Shown piece after piece: positions 31,275-41,037 of a stretch of 64,000 nucleotides of DNA; the first letter of the stretch is position 1, and the number at the start of each line of letters is the position of its first letter. The position numbers were made by a program, and so were the translations under genes. The DNA is from Candidatus Multivoradales bacterium. Its GTDB lineage: Bacteria; Acidobacteriota; Thermoanaerobaculia; Multivoradales; J023. The notes beneath the pieces are model-generated. The model was not told the origin of the DNA. It ran no database searches and worked only from the letters and a program-made list of their open reading frames with translations. Where the stretch lies: positions 1,088,001 to 1,152,000 of the forward strand of contig CBDFLE010000005.1 of assembly GCA_965248925.1 (NCBI GenBank), given 5' to 3'.

Positions 31275-34200
31275 TCATCTTCGAGCGGCTGTCGTTGGCG
31301 CGACCAAACTTCCAGATCGTGCACGGCTCTGGGCTGAAGCAGTCCGCGCCGCCAGCCATGCCGCCCACTGCACAGCCAGCCGCGGATTGGCGGCGGCCGC
31401 AGCGGCCACTTGTCGAAGCCCCTCGGAGCGGGACTCGATGCTCAACGCCAGCAAGGCGCCACGGATCGCTCGCGCGTCGTCAAGGGAAGAGTCGAGGCGC
31501 AAGGCTTGGTCACAGCTAGCGATCGCCTGCTCGAGTTTCGCCAAGCTCAATCGGGCGGGCGTCTGGGAATCCACCGCGGGCAAACGAGCCTGATAAATCG
31601 CCGGATCCTGACCCGCTGAAGCCAGCAGCCAGCGAGCCGGAGCGAGCTGAATTCTGGCGTCGGTGGGTTCGAGTTCGAGGGCCTTGGCGAAAGACCTGCG
31701 CGCCGCTTGCATGGTTGACCCACTCGGCACCCTTCCCTGACCTTGCCAGATGGCCACTGCGAGCTGCGCCTGGCCCTTGGCCAGCCAGGCATCAGCGCGC
31801 TCCGCGTCGAGTTCAAGAGCACGCTCGGCATGGCCCACCGCGACGGCCGCGGCGCTCTTTGGGGAAGCGCCTCGGCGTAGGTCCCAACGCGCCTCGGTCA
31901 CCGCCAGCTCAGCCAATTCGACTTGCGGTCCTACGGCGCGGGGCAGAGATTCCAGCCCCCGGGAATAGGAGCGCCGAGCCGCTGCCATCCGGCCCACAGG
32001 ATCAAGGTCCCGCGAAACGGCGTACTGAGCCAACAGCGACAATGCGTGGCCGCGATTGAAGCCGGCGTAGGCAGCGCCGGGGTCAAGTTCGATGAAACGA
32101 TCCGAGGCCACCACCGAGGCTTGCAGCGTAGCGGTCGGGTCGGCTCCGATCTTGAGCAACCAAATACCGCGCAACAAGCGGCTCACCGAGCGGACGGAAT
32201 GCACCAAGGTTCGCTGCGGGTCCATTTCGGCGGTGACGTCCATCAACTGATCAACCTCATCGAGAGCTGGCAGCGGATCGACTCCCCAATCGAGCTGCTG
32301 CTCACTGCGGTGCACCTTCGCTTGGGAGAGGTAGAAATAGCCCACCAGCTCCTCCGGCTGGCTGGCGATCAGCTGCCGGGCATAGTGCTCGGCACGGAGG
32401 AAATCAGCGGTGCCATCGCCTCCCCGGTTGGCTTCATAGTTGGCCCGTTGGGCAAGAATCCAGGACAAGCTGGAAGCGACGAACTGAAAGCCAGGATCGA
32501 GCTCAACGGCTTGCTCAAGGCGCTCGATCGCCCGCGTCATGGCGGTGCGAGGGTCCTCCCCGGCACGCTCCAAGTAGGCCGCACGCAGGGCCTCGCCAGT
32601 CCCCAACATGGCCACCGCCTCGGCCGATCCCCGGTGATCGGCCAACACCTCCGCCAGCTCTTCAAGGGCCGCTGCCGGATCTTCGGCCAAGTCCCAAACC
32701 TGGTGATCGGCGAGCAGCTGCCACAGCCGGGCTTCTTCAAAATCCACCGCTGACAGGTCTGGGCGAATGGTCCGCACCTGGCCACAAGCGGCCATTCCAG
32801 CGGCATGAAATTCGACCGCGCCAGGGCGCAAGTAGCGCACCGCCAAAGCCAAACGATGGCTACCAATGCGACACAGCTGCAAGAAGCCCAGAGGAGCGCT
32901 ACGACCGATGACAAGCCCTTGCTGAACAGCTTGTTCGGCACTGACCAACAGCTGGTCGGCGCGATCGTGATCGCCCGCGTCCTCTGCCACCACCGCCTGC
33001 GCGCGCAACGCGCGGGCCGCCACCAGGTGGGCTTCGAATAACATTGGATCTGCCGCCACCGCCGCCCGGCTGTGGCTCAGGGCCAGCTCGGCCTGCTGGC
33101 GGTAGAGCGCCCGCCGCGCCGCCAGCAGCTCGGCGGCAGCTGGCTCATCCTCCTCGCCACGGGTCAGCATGGCCAAGGCCGCGTCGCGCAGTTCCACTTC
33201 TGCCACCAACCGCAGTTGGCCGCGGGCCAGCGGGTCTGGCAAGCGCGAGATCTCTCCGATTCGCTGCTCGTACAAGGTCGCCAGCGTCAGCCCCAGGGCC
33301 ATGGCGACTTCCGTCCGCTGCTCGCCCAAAGCCCAAGCGCGCTCCAGATGCTGCCGGGCGCTGGTCAAATCGCCCAAGCTGAGCGCCCCGCGACCCAGGG
33401 CGTAGTGCCCTTGGGCCTCCCCTAGCGAACCCAACTCGAGCATCTTCGCCTCGATGCGCGACATGCCCTCCCGCAGGCGCTCAAGCCGCGGCGTCAGGTC
33501 TTGCAGTGGCAGCAGATGGGCGACTCGTTGCTGCCACTCGATGCGCTCCGCCTCGCGGGTGATCTCGGCAGTCGCGCGGGCCAAGCGCTGGCCGCGAGCA
33601 CGCGCCCGTAGTTCCAAGACCAACCCACCCACAACCATCGCCACCAGCGCCAAGGCCGCCGCGAACGCCGCGCGATGCCGCCGCACTGCCTTGGCCAAGC
33701 GATAGGCAACACTCGGTGGACCGGCCGACACCGGCTGGTGCAGCAAGTGGCGTTCGAGATCATCCGCCAGCGCCGAGGCAGAGCCATAGCGCTGGTCCGG
33801 CTCTTTGGCAATCGCTGCCATCACCACCCAATCGAGGTCACCGAGCAGCCGCTGGCGCAGCTCCCGCGGCGAACTGCTTAAGTTGTCGGCGGCCAGTGCC
33901 CGAGTACCCTCCGTCGCGGGGCCAGCCCAGCGGCTACTAGGCTTGTCGGGATGCTCTTCCACCACCCGCCGAATCAGCTTGGCCAACGGGTCGTCCCCTT
34001 GCACGATCGGCAACTCGCCAGCGAGCAACTCGTAGAGCAAGACCCCCAAGGTGTAGACATCGGTCCGGGTATCGATGTCACGGCTGCCGTTGACCGCCTC
34101 GGGACTCATGTAGGCCAGAGTTCCGACCATCACCCCACCGGTCTCGAGGGTCGAATCGGTGAGCGGAGCAGCGAGAGATTTGGCGATACCAAAATCGATG

Positions 34201-34934
34201 ATCTTGGGCACCGCCTTACCGTCGATCTCCTGCACAAGGATGTTCGACGGCTTCAGATCGCGGTGAATGATCTGCCGGCGGTGGGCATGCTCGACGCCGC
34301 GACACACATCGATCATCAGCCGCAAACGCCGGTCAACGCTCAGCTGGCGGCGGTCGCAGTAGTGATTCAGGGGCAGCCCGTGCACCAGTTCGAGAGCAAA
34401 GTAGGGATAGCCGTCGGCGGTGGTTCCTGCATCGAGAATGCGACCGATGTTGGGGTGTTCGAGCCGCGCCAAAGCCTGCCGCTCGGCGGCGAAACGCGCT
34501 TTGGCGATAGCGTTGGGCAAGCTGTTGCGAATCACCTTGAGCGCTACCTGGCGCCGCATCGGCTCGGTCTGCTGGGCGAGAAACACCCGCCCCATGCCAC
34601 CGCTACCGAGCAGTTCGAGCAACCGATAGGGGCCCACTTTGACCCGGCGATCGAGAGAGGTGGAGGCCGCGGAGGCGGGCACCGTCGGCTGATCGACCTC
34701 GCTATTACTTAGCGGCGCTGCGCTTCCTTTGCTCGGCGGCGGCTGCAAGAACTCGTCGTCGAGCGCCAGATCCACGGCCAGCAATTCCGTCAGCTCTGCC
34801 GCCAGATGCGGTTGCCTGCCGCGCAACTCTTCGACCCACGCCTGGCGTTGGTGCTCGGGAAGCCGAAGGGCATTCTCGAATAACTCCAGCAAGCGGGCTG
34901 GGTTGGTGGGAGGATTTGTTGATGAGCCGCTCAA
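31275..34934 (-). CDS. Membrane Ser/Thr protein kinase with TPR extracytoplasmic region
   Basis: LGSGGMGRV, VALK, HRDLKPSN, DFGIAK, YMSPE, TM helix, TPR-like repeats. Confidence 0.95.
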   Translation of the reverse strand: MSGSSTNPPTNPARLLELFENALRLPEHQRQAWVEELRGRQPHLAAELTELLAVDLALDDEFLQPPPSKGSAAPLSNSEVDQPTVPASAASTSLDRRVKVGPYRLLELLGSGGMGRVFLAQQTEPMRRQVALKVIRNSLPNAIAKARFAAERQALARLEHPNIGRILDAGTTADGYPYFALELVHGLPLNHYCDRRQLSVDRRLRLMIDVCRGVEHAHRRQIIHRDLKPSNILVQEIDGKAVPKIIDFGIAKSLAAPLTDSTLETGGVMVGTLAYMSPEAVNGSRDIDTRTDVYTLGVLLYELLAGELPIVQGDDPLAKLIRRVVEEHPDKPSSRWAGPATEGTRALAADNLSSSPRELRQRLLGDLDWVVMAAIAKEPDQRYGSASALADDLERHLLHQPVSAGPPSVAYRLAKAVRRHRAAFAAALALVAMVVGGLVLELRARARGQRLARATAEITREAERIEWQQRVAHLLPLQDLTPRLERLREGMSRIEAKMLELGSLGEAQGHYALGRGALSLGDLTSARQHLERAWALGEQRTEVAMALGLTLATLYEQRIGEISRLPDPLARGQLRLVAEVELRDAALAMLTRGEEDEPAAAELLAARRALYRQQAELALSHSRAAVAADPMLFEAHLVAARALRAQAVVAEDAGDHDRADQLLVSAEQAVQQGLVIGRSAPLGFLQLCRIGSHRLALAVRYLRPGAVEFHAAGMAACGQVRTIRPDLSAVDFEEARLWQLLADHQVWDLAEDPAAALEELAEVLADHRGSAEAVAMLGTGEALRAAYLERAGEDPRTAMTRAIERLEQAVELDPGFQFVASSLSWILAQRANYEANRGGDGTADFLRAEHYARQLIASQPEELVGYFYLSQAKVHRSEQQLDWGVDPLPALDEVDQLMDVTAEMDPQRTLVHSVRSVSRLLRGIWLLKIGADPTATLQASVVASDRFIELDPGAAYAGFNRGHALSLLAQYAVSRDLDPVGRMAAARRSYSRGLESLPRAVGPQVELAELAVTEARWDLRRGASPKSAAAVAVGHAERALELDAERADAWLAKGQAQLAVAIWQGQGRVPSGSTMQAARRSFAKALELEPTDARIQLAPARWLLASAGQDPAIYQARLPAVDSQTPARLSLAKLEQAIASCDQALRLDSSLDDARAIRGALLALSIESRSEGLRQVAAAAAANPRLAVQWAAWLAARTASAQSRARSGSLVAPTTAARR

Positions 34935-35167
34935 GACGGTTCATTCTACGGCCAACGGGCCGCCGGTTCGCCGGCGCTGAGACGGCGAATCCTCTGCCCC
35001 TTCGCTGACTTCCATGGCCTGCTTGCCCGCTCGCCGAATTTGAGTGCAAGAACCGGAGTGCCGCCAACAGCGGAACTCTCTATGCTCGCTCCATGGTCGA
35101 AACAACACCCCGTCGAGTGCTCGCTCAGCGATCCAAAAACCGAGTTAATATCAGGCAGGTTACGCCT

Positions 35168-36259
35168 ATGCATGAGCCGCCCAAAACACCCGAATACGCC
35201 AGCGACGAACAACGCTGGAACGCCGTCCGCGAACGTGACCCTCGGGCCGATGGTCGCTTTTTCTACGCCGTCAAGACCACGGGTATCTTCTGCCGCCCGG
35301 ACTGCCCGTCACGCCTGCCAAGGCGCCGGAATGTGGAGTTTTTCGACAGCAAAGGCGCTGCTGCCGGCGGCGGATACCGGCCCTGCAAACGCTGCCGGCC
35401 AACCGCCACCGCGCCGCGGCAACTCCATGCCGAAATGATCGCCCGCAGCTGTCGCCGCATCGATGAAGCTGACGAATCGCCATCGCTGACTGAGCTCGCC
35501 GCGGCAGCGGGCTTGAGCCCGGCATACTTTCACCGCTTGTTCAAGCAAGCCCTTGGCGTCACGCCGCGGCAGTATGCCGCCAGCCAACGCATGCACCGCT
35601 TCCGGGACCAATTGCAAACCAGCCCGACGGTGACCGAAGCGATCTACGCCGCCGGTTTCAATTCCAGCAGCCGGGCATATGAGAACGTCACCAGTCACCT
35701 CGGCATGTCCCCGTCGACCTACCGCCAAGGGGGCCAGGGCTTGAGCATCCGTTACGTCACGGCCCCTTGCTCCTTAGGCCACGTGGTAGTCGCCACCACC
35801 GAGCGCGGCATCTGCGCCATCGAACTGGCCGACAGCGAGGCCCAGGCGGAAAGTCTGCTGGCACTGCGCTTTCCCCAAGCCCAAGTCGAACCCGCGGCAG
35901 AGCCATTCGCCGAGATGGTGCAAGCAGTGGCAGCTTTCGTCGATGCTCCCGACGGTGGTCTCGACCTACCCCTCGATGCGCAGGGAACCGCCTTCCAACA
36001 TCGGGTTTGGGACACTCTGCGGCAAATCCCCCTCGGCACCACGGTCAGCTACGGTGAACTCGCTGCCCGCCTCGGCAAGCCCCGAGCCCACCGCGCCGTC
36101 GCCAGCGCCTGCGCCGCCAATCCCCTCGCCGTGCTGGTGCCTTGCCATCGCGTCTTTCGCGCCGACGGCGGCATCGGCGGCTACCGCTGGGGCGAGCAAC
36201 GCAAACTGGCAATGCAAAAGAAGGAGCTAGAGCTGGCTAAGGCGGCAGCCGAAAAGTAA
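35168..36259 (+). CDS. ada: Bifunctional transcriptional activator / O6-methylguanine-DNA methyltransferase
   Basis: FCRPDCPSR and RPCKRC Zn site, AraC HTH, VPCHRV. Confidence 0.95.
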   Translation: MHEPPKTPEYASDEQRWNAVRERDPRADGRFFYAVKTTGIFCRPDCPSRLPRRRNVEFFDSKGAAAGGGYRPCKRCRPTATAPRQLHAEMIARSCRRIDEADESPSLTELAAAAGLSPAYFHRLFKQALGVTPRQYAASQRMHRFRDQLQTSPTVTEAIYAAGFNSSSRAYENVTSHLGMSPSTYRQGGQGLSIRYVTAPCSLGHVVVATTERGICAIELADSEAQAESLLALRFPQAQVEPAAEPFAEMVQAVAAFVDAPDGGLDLPLDAQGTAFQHRVWDTLRQIPLGTTVSYGELAARLGKPRAHRAVASACAANPLAVLVPCHRVFRADGGIGGYRWGEQRKLAMQKKELELAKAAAEK

Positions 36260-36300
36260 CTTGGTGATTAACAGCCCGGGCCGCCAAGCGCTCACCAGAA

Positions 36301-36328
36301 AAGGGTCGGGGTCAAACCCCGGCCCCTT
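36301..36328. terminator. Hairpin after ada at the left edge of the accessory island
   Basis: AAGGGTCGGGGT-caa-ACCCCGGCCCCTT. Confidence 0.5.
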
Positions 36329-36347
36329 GACCGGTTCTCGGTTTCTT

Positions 36348-36711
36348 CTACTCGTCAACGACGAAGAAGACGTCGGTCGTCAAGAGCCTCTTCAACCTGC
36401 CGTTCTCGAGTTTCCAGGCAACGCCGATGAAGGGGAAGCGATTACCAATTCGGTCCCGGCCACGCCACTCGCGGAATTCGAGACCAATGGCGACGATCCC
36501 CGCATCGTCGAGACTCTGCAACTCGTCTGCTTCCGAGTAGCCATTGTGGTTGCTCTCCACGCCCTCACCAATTTCTCGTGACTCGAGTGGCTCATTCTCA
36601 TTGGCACGGAGGGTCGCGCTGCGGGTCCAACATCGACGCTCAGCTGCCGAAGGCCGATTCGGCCAGTAACGGGAGTCCTGTGGAGAGGAGGACCAGCACT
36701 TTACTGTTCAT
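36348..36711 (-). pseudogene. Remnant of a secreted protein: signal peptide followed by a C-terminal fragment
   Basis: GAGGAGG RBS, MNSKVLVLLSTGLPLLAESAFGS-stop, then NHNGYSEADELQSLDDAGIVAIGL...DVFFV-stop. Confidence 0.5.
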
Positions 36712-36995
36712 CGTTCGACCTCCTCAGATAGGTCGCCCTGGCTCAGCTGCGCACGGGCGAAGTCGAGGAAGTGGGCCGAGTCCACCGGGCTCGACTTCGC
36801 GAAGTCCGAGGAGAAGAAAGTCGAGAAGCGGACAGGGCCGGACTGCGGCAAGACCACGACATCTATCGCCCGGACGTACAGAAACTCAGTCCGGGTTGAA
36901 AAAGGGGGATCGAGGGGGTGTAAGACCTCGCCGCGCCCCGTCTCGCCAAGCGGGCGGATCTGTTGCATGGTGATTCCTCAAAAGGAGGAACCGCT

Positions 36996-37370
36996 ATGGA
37001 ACAACGAATCGCGAGCTTTCGTCATCAGGTCGAGGTCTACTTTGGCTGCCGCCCAGGCCGCGGATGTCGGTATCCGGCTTCCCTTCGGGCAGAAGCCGTG
37101 GAGGTGGCTTTGGAGGCGCAGTCCAACGGCGATCGGTTGGGCCGGGTGGCCGCTGCTTTGGGAGTCGGTGTGGACACGCTCCGCCGCTGGATCGAGGCAG
37201 CGCCGCCGATGCCCATTCAGCTGCGGGCGGTCGAAGTCGTAGAGGCCGAAGAAGCAGCAACCATCAATCGAGGCCATCGAGAGGGCTTGGTCCTGGTGAC
37301 TGTCGCTGGCCACCGCGTGGTGGGGCTGGCTCTGGCCGACGTGGCATTGCTTCTGGAAGCGCTCGGATGA
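36996..37370 (+). CDS. tnpA: IS66 accessory protein TnpA
   Basis: HTH VAAALGVGVDTLRRW; AGGAGG RBS. Confidence 0.85.
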   Translation: MEQRIASFRHQVEVYFGCRPGRGCRYPASLRAEAVEVALEAQSNGDRLGRVAAALGVGVDTLRRWIEAAPPMPIQLRAVEVVEAEEAATINRGHREGLVLVTVAGHRVVGLALADVALLLEALG

Positions 37371-37741
37371 TCGGCTCGACCCGCCGGGTCAGCGTCTACG
37401 CCTTCGGTGCGCCTGCCGACCTCCGCAAGGGGCTCGACGGTCTCTCGGGTCTGGTGACCGGCGAGCTTGACCAAGACCCTCTCTCAGGCGATCTGTTCCT
37501 ATTCGTCAATCGGGCGCAAACCCTCGCGAAGGTTCTGGTCTGGGACGGTACCGGGCTCTGTGTCTACAGCAAGCGGCTCGAGCAGGGGCGGTTTGCCTGT
37601 CTGTGGCGCGAACGGGAAGAGGACCGGCTGCGGCTGACTATGAGTGAGCTGACCTTGTTCTTGGAGGGCAGCAAGCTGATCGGAAAGATGAGGCTCTCGC
37701 CGCCCCTATTTGTGAGGGAAAAGGTTGCTGACGCAGCCTGA
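37367..37741 (+). CDS. tnpB: IS66 accessory protein TnpB
   Basis: DLRKGLDGL, LFLFVNR, WDGTG, KRLEQGRF; ATGA overlap with tnpA. Confidence 0.92.
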   Translation: MIGSTRRVSVYAFGAPADLRKGLDGLSGLVTGELDQDPLSGDLFLFVNRAQTLAKVLVWDGTGLCVYSKRLEQGRFACLWREREEDRLRLTMSELTLFLEGSKLIGKMRLSPPLFVREKVADAA

Positions 37742-37760
37742 ATTCTGCTCTATAATAGAC

Positions 37761-39033
37761 CACTGCTGTCCCGTTAACTTCGCAGAAAAATAGGCTCAAA
37801 CCTCCCTGGTCTTGATAGAATCAGTCATCGCTAAACGGCTGAATCAAAGGGAGATCTGAGCCTTGGCACATCATAGCACCGTCTTCGCCCAGCTACTGCA
37901 ACTGATTTCGAGACATGAATTCGAGGCCCTCGCAAAACGCCACCACGCCGGTCGCCAGTTCCGCACTGCGAGCCGCTGGTCGCAGCTGGTGGCTCTGATG
38001 ATGGCCCAGCTGTCCGGGCGTTCTAGCTTGCGCGACATCGTTGACAATCTACGAGCGCAGCGGCACAAGCTCTACCATCTCGGCTGCCGAGTCCTGTCGC
38101 GATCCAACTTGGCACGGATCAACGAAGAGAAGCCCTATCTCCTTTTTGAAGAGCTATTTGGGAGACTTCTGGGCCGTGCTCAAGCAGTGGCGCCCAAGCA
38201 TACGTTCCGGTTCAAGAACCGCTTGTTCTCGCTTGACGCCTCGGTGATAGACCTTTGTCTGTCGATATTCCCGTGGGCGAAGTTTCGTACGACCAAGGGA
38301 GCGATCAAGCTGCATGTGGGGTTGGATCACGGTGGCTACTTGCCTGCCTTCGTTGCGATCTCGGATGGAAAAACAGGTGACATCGCGGGCTGCAAGAGCC
38401 TGACGCTGCCACGAGGAAGCATCGTAGCTTGTGATCGTGGTTACAACAGCTACAGCTGGTTTCGTCAGCTGAGCGAGAAGGGTCTTTTCTTTGTGACCCG
38501 TCTGAAGCGCGGGGCCAAGTACCGCGTGACCGAACGTCGAAGAGTCAATCGTTCCAAGGGTTTGATGAGCGACCAAACGATCGAATGGACCGGTGTGAAG
38601 GCGTGTCGTGACTGCCCGATGCCTCTGCGGAGAGTAGGCTATCGCGACCCTGAGACCGGCAAGATCTACTATTTCTTGACGAACCTGTTCCGCCTGTCAC
38701 CTCAGACCATTGCCGATATCTACCACGAACGTTGGCAAATTGAACTCTTCTTCAAGTGGATCAAGCAGAATCTGAAGATCAAGACTTTCGTCGGCACCAG
38801 CCGCAACGCCGTGCTGACTCAGCTTTGGATCGCCATGTGCGTCTACCTATTGCTCGCTTTCATCAAGCACAAGCACCGTCTTTCCAGTAGTTTACGGGAG
38901 GCCTTGCGCCTCCTTCAATTGAACCTCTTTGAGCGCCGCGACCTCATGGCCCTCTTGAAACGAGAGCCGCCGCCGATCCCAGGACTAGACGAAAGACAAC
39001 TGGTAATGGTCGGAAGTTAACGGGACAGCAGTG
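37761..39033 (+). mobile_element. IS4-family element, copy 1 (1273 bp)
   Basis: 20-bp perfect IRs CACTGCTGTCCCGTTAACTT; 9-bp TSD ATAATAGAC (37752-37760, 39034-39042). Confidence 0.97.
37863..39020 (+). CDS. IS4 family DDE transposase
   Basis: SLDASVI, IKLH, DRGY, YHERWQIELFFKWIKQ (YREK motif). Confidence 0.95.
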   Translation: MAHHSTVFAQLLQLISRHEFEALAKRHHAGRQFRTASRWSQLVALMMAQLSGRSSLRDIVDNLRAQRHKLYHLGCRVLSRSNLARINEEKPYLLFEELFGRLLGRAQAVAPKHTFRFKNRLFSLDASVIDLCLSIFPWAKFRTTKGAIKLHVGLDHGGYLPAFVAISDGKTGDIAGCKSLTLPRGSIVACDRGYNSYSWFRQLSEKGLFFVTRLKRGAKYRVTERRRVNRSKGLMSDQTIEWTGVKACRDCPMPLRRVGYRDPETGKIYYFLTNLFRLSPQTIADIYHERWQIELFFKWIKQNLKIKTFVGTSRNAVLTQLWIAMCVYLLLAFIKHKHRLSSSLREALRLLQLNLFERRDLMALLKREPPPIPGLDERQLVMVGS

Positions 39034-39044
39034 ATAATAGACGC

Positions 39045-40595
39045 ATGCTTCGGATCGAGAACGAACAGCGCCCCGACGTTCTGCGTCAAATTGCGCTGCT
39101 GCTCGATCGCGAGAATCGACACCTGCACGAGCGCATCAAGAATCTGATAGTTAGCAACGCACATCTTGCAGGGGCCGGCGCTGCTACCCTGCAACTTGAG
39201 CTTGAGCAACTGCAGGAGATTCTCGCTCAACGCGAGCGTAAGATCTTCGGCCCGTCCTCGGAGAAACGCCCCAGGACGCGGACCCCAGCGTCGGAGCGTA
39301 AGCCGCAGACCGGCCACGGGCCGACTCCGCAGCCCTTGCTGCCAGTGGTCGAGAAACTCCTCGAGCTACCCATTGCAGAGCAGGTTTGCCCGACCTGCGA
39401 CGGCTCCCTTCAGCCGATGGGTGATCAGACGGAAGATTCCGACGAGATCTCCGTAGTCCGGCGACACTTCATCATGGTCAAGCACCAGCGTCAGAAGTAT
39501 CGCTGTCGCTGCAACGCGGCAGTGGTCACGGCGCCAGCGCTGCCAAAGCTGATCCCTGGAGGCCGCTACGCTCCAGAGTTCGCGGTTGAGGTGGCGATCG
39601 GTAAATACCTTGATCATCTACCTCTTGAGCGCCAGAGCCGAAGCATGGCGCGGGAAGGGCTGAACGTCAGCTCGCAGACGCTGTGGGACCAGATCGAAGC
39701 TTTGGCCAGGGTGCTGACGCCGAGCTACCTGGCTCTGCATGACAAGGTGCTCATGGCTCCGGTGGTCCACGCCGACGAGACTCACTGGCGGCTGGTGACT
39801 CGTCAAGAAAATTCCAAGTGGTGGGTGTGGAGCGTGGCCAATCGGCAGGCGGTGTTCTATCGATTGTGCGGAACTCGCTCGGAAAAATCTGCCAGGTCGA
39901 TCCTCTCTGGTTATCAGGGCATCGTGGTGTGCGACGGATACTCGGCCTACAAGGCTCTGGCCAAGAGTGAGGCCAAGAGGGACGATCAGTCGGCATCCCG
40001 CGCCGGTCCTGGATTCACACTGGCCCACTGCTGGGCACACGCACGAAGAAAATTCGCCGACGCAGAGCACAACTACCCGAAACACTGCGGTCAAGCGCTG
40101 GACATGATCAGCGATCTTTTCAAAGTGGAGCGGAAGGTACCGGCTATCCAAGTTCCGGAGCCGCAAGAGCTTCTGGATCTGCGCCTGAAGCTGCGCGCCG
40201 AGCACTCCGGGCCCATTCTCAAAAAGCTGCAAGCTTGGGCTATGGAGACCAGACCCGTAGCCCTGCCGCGCAGCGGATTGGGCAAGGCAGTCAACTACCT
40301 GCTCGGCCATTGGAAAGGGCTAACGCGTTTTCTTGAAAACCCCCTAATTCCCCTCGACAACAACCTTGCCGAGCGGGAGCTGCGAGGCGTCGTCATCGGA
40401 CGCAAGAACCACTACGGGTCGCGCTCCAAGCGGGGAACCGAGGTCGCGGCGATCCTCTACAGCCTCACCGAGAGCGCCAAGCTTGCCGGCGATGAGCCCT
40501 ACGCCTACCTGCTCAAAGCAACGCGGGCGGCTCTCGAGAATCCCGGCACTGTCACCTTGCCGGCCAGCCCCGGCGATTCACCCCCACCAAACTGA
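39045..40595 (+). CDS. tnpC: IS66 DDE transposase TnpC
   Basis: FGPSSEK, CPTC...CRC, HADET, CDGYSAY, CWAHARRKF, DNNLAERELR. Confidence 0.95.
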   Translation: MLRIENEQRPDVLRQIALLLDRENRHLHERIKNLIVSNAHLAGAGAATLQLELEQLQEILAQRERKIFGPSSEKRPRTRTPASERKPQTGHGPTPQPLLPVVEKLLELPIAEQVCPTCDGSLQPMGDQTEDSDEISVVRRHFIMVKHQRQKYRCRCNAAVVTAPALPKLIPGGRYAPEFAVEVAIGKYLDHLPLERQSRSMAREGLNVSSQTLWDQIEALARVLTPSYLALHDKVLMAPVVHADETHWRLVTRQENSKWWVWSVANRQAVFYRLCGTRSEKSARSILSGYQGIVVCDGYSAYKALAKSEAKRDDQSASRAGPGFTLAHCWAHARRKFADAEHNYPKHCGQALDMISDLFKVERKVPAIQVPEPQELLDLRLKLRAEHSGPILKKLQAWAMETRPVALPRSGLGKAVNYLLGHWKGLTRFLENPLIPLDNNLAERELRGVVIGRKNHYGSRSKRGTEVAAILYSLTESAKLAGDEPYAYLLKATRAALENPGTVTLPASPGDSPPPN

Positions 40596-40694
40596 TCTTC
40601 GCTGCTCGAATCTGAGGACCCTGTCAAGACGTGCCAGGGCGAGGTCTTACGAGGGGGTTGGGCTGCTGCCTCTTGCCTCGGTCTTGAATCCACC

Positions 40695-40878
40695 TAACTC
40701 CATGAGATGCCAGTGTTTATCCCTTGAGTACCGGCGACGTGTGAAGCTTACCACGAGCACCTCCACACGCGTCAAGGGGGGCTCATGGGGAAGCACTGGC
40801 CAATCCTCCCCCACGGTCTTCAACGGTGGGCCACAACGAAACCGGCTAGTGCAGAAGTTTGCTAGGTTCCCGGCGCAT
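40695..40878. repeat. Dispersed non-coding module, copy A
   Basis: Shares CAGTGTTTA, AGCTTACC-/-GTCAAGG, TCAACGG and CGAAACCGG..AGTGCAGAAG with copies B and C. Confidence 0.8.
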
Positions 40879-40893
40879 CGAAACGCGTCAAGC

Positions 40894-40993
40894 GCTCGGC
40901 TATCGGCGGAATCTGCCGATTCCGGTGGCACCTTAATTGGCTTGCTCGGCTATCGGCGGAATCTGCCGATTCCGGTGGCACCTTAATTGGCTT
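40894..40993. repeat. Perfect 50-bp tandem duplication with internal hairpin
   Basis: GCTCGGCTATCGGCGGAATCTGCCGATTCCGGTGGCACCTTAATTGGCTT x2. Confidence 0.95.
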
Positions 40994-41037
40994 GGCCGAA
41001 AGGCCACGGCTTGGTTCTCACTGTACGCCCCTGCCTC

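Larger units (their letters stand above)
36920..40650 (+). mobile_element. IS66-family element carrying a nested IS4
   Basis: Terminal IRs GTAAGACCTCGCC / GGCGAGGTCTTAC; 8-bp TSD GAGGGGGT at 36912-36919 and 40651-40658. Confidence 0.95.

Noticed and set aside
40894-40993. Possible CRISPR array
   Set aside because: Two abutting identical units with no spacers and no cas genes
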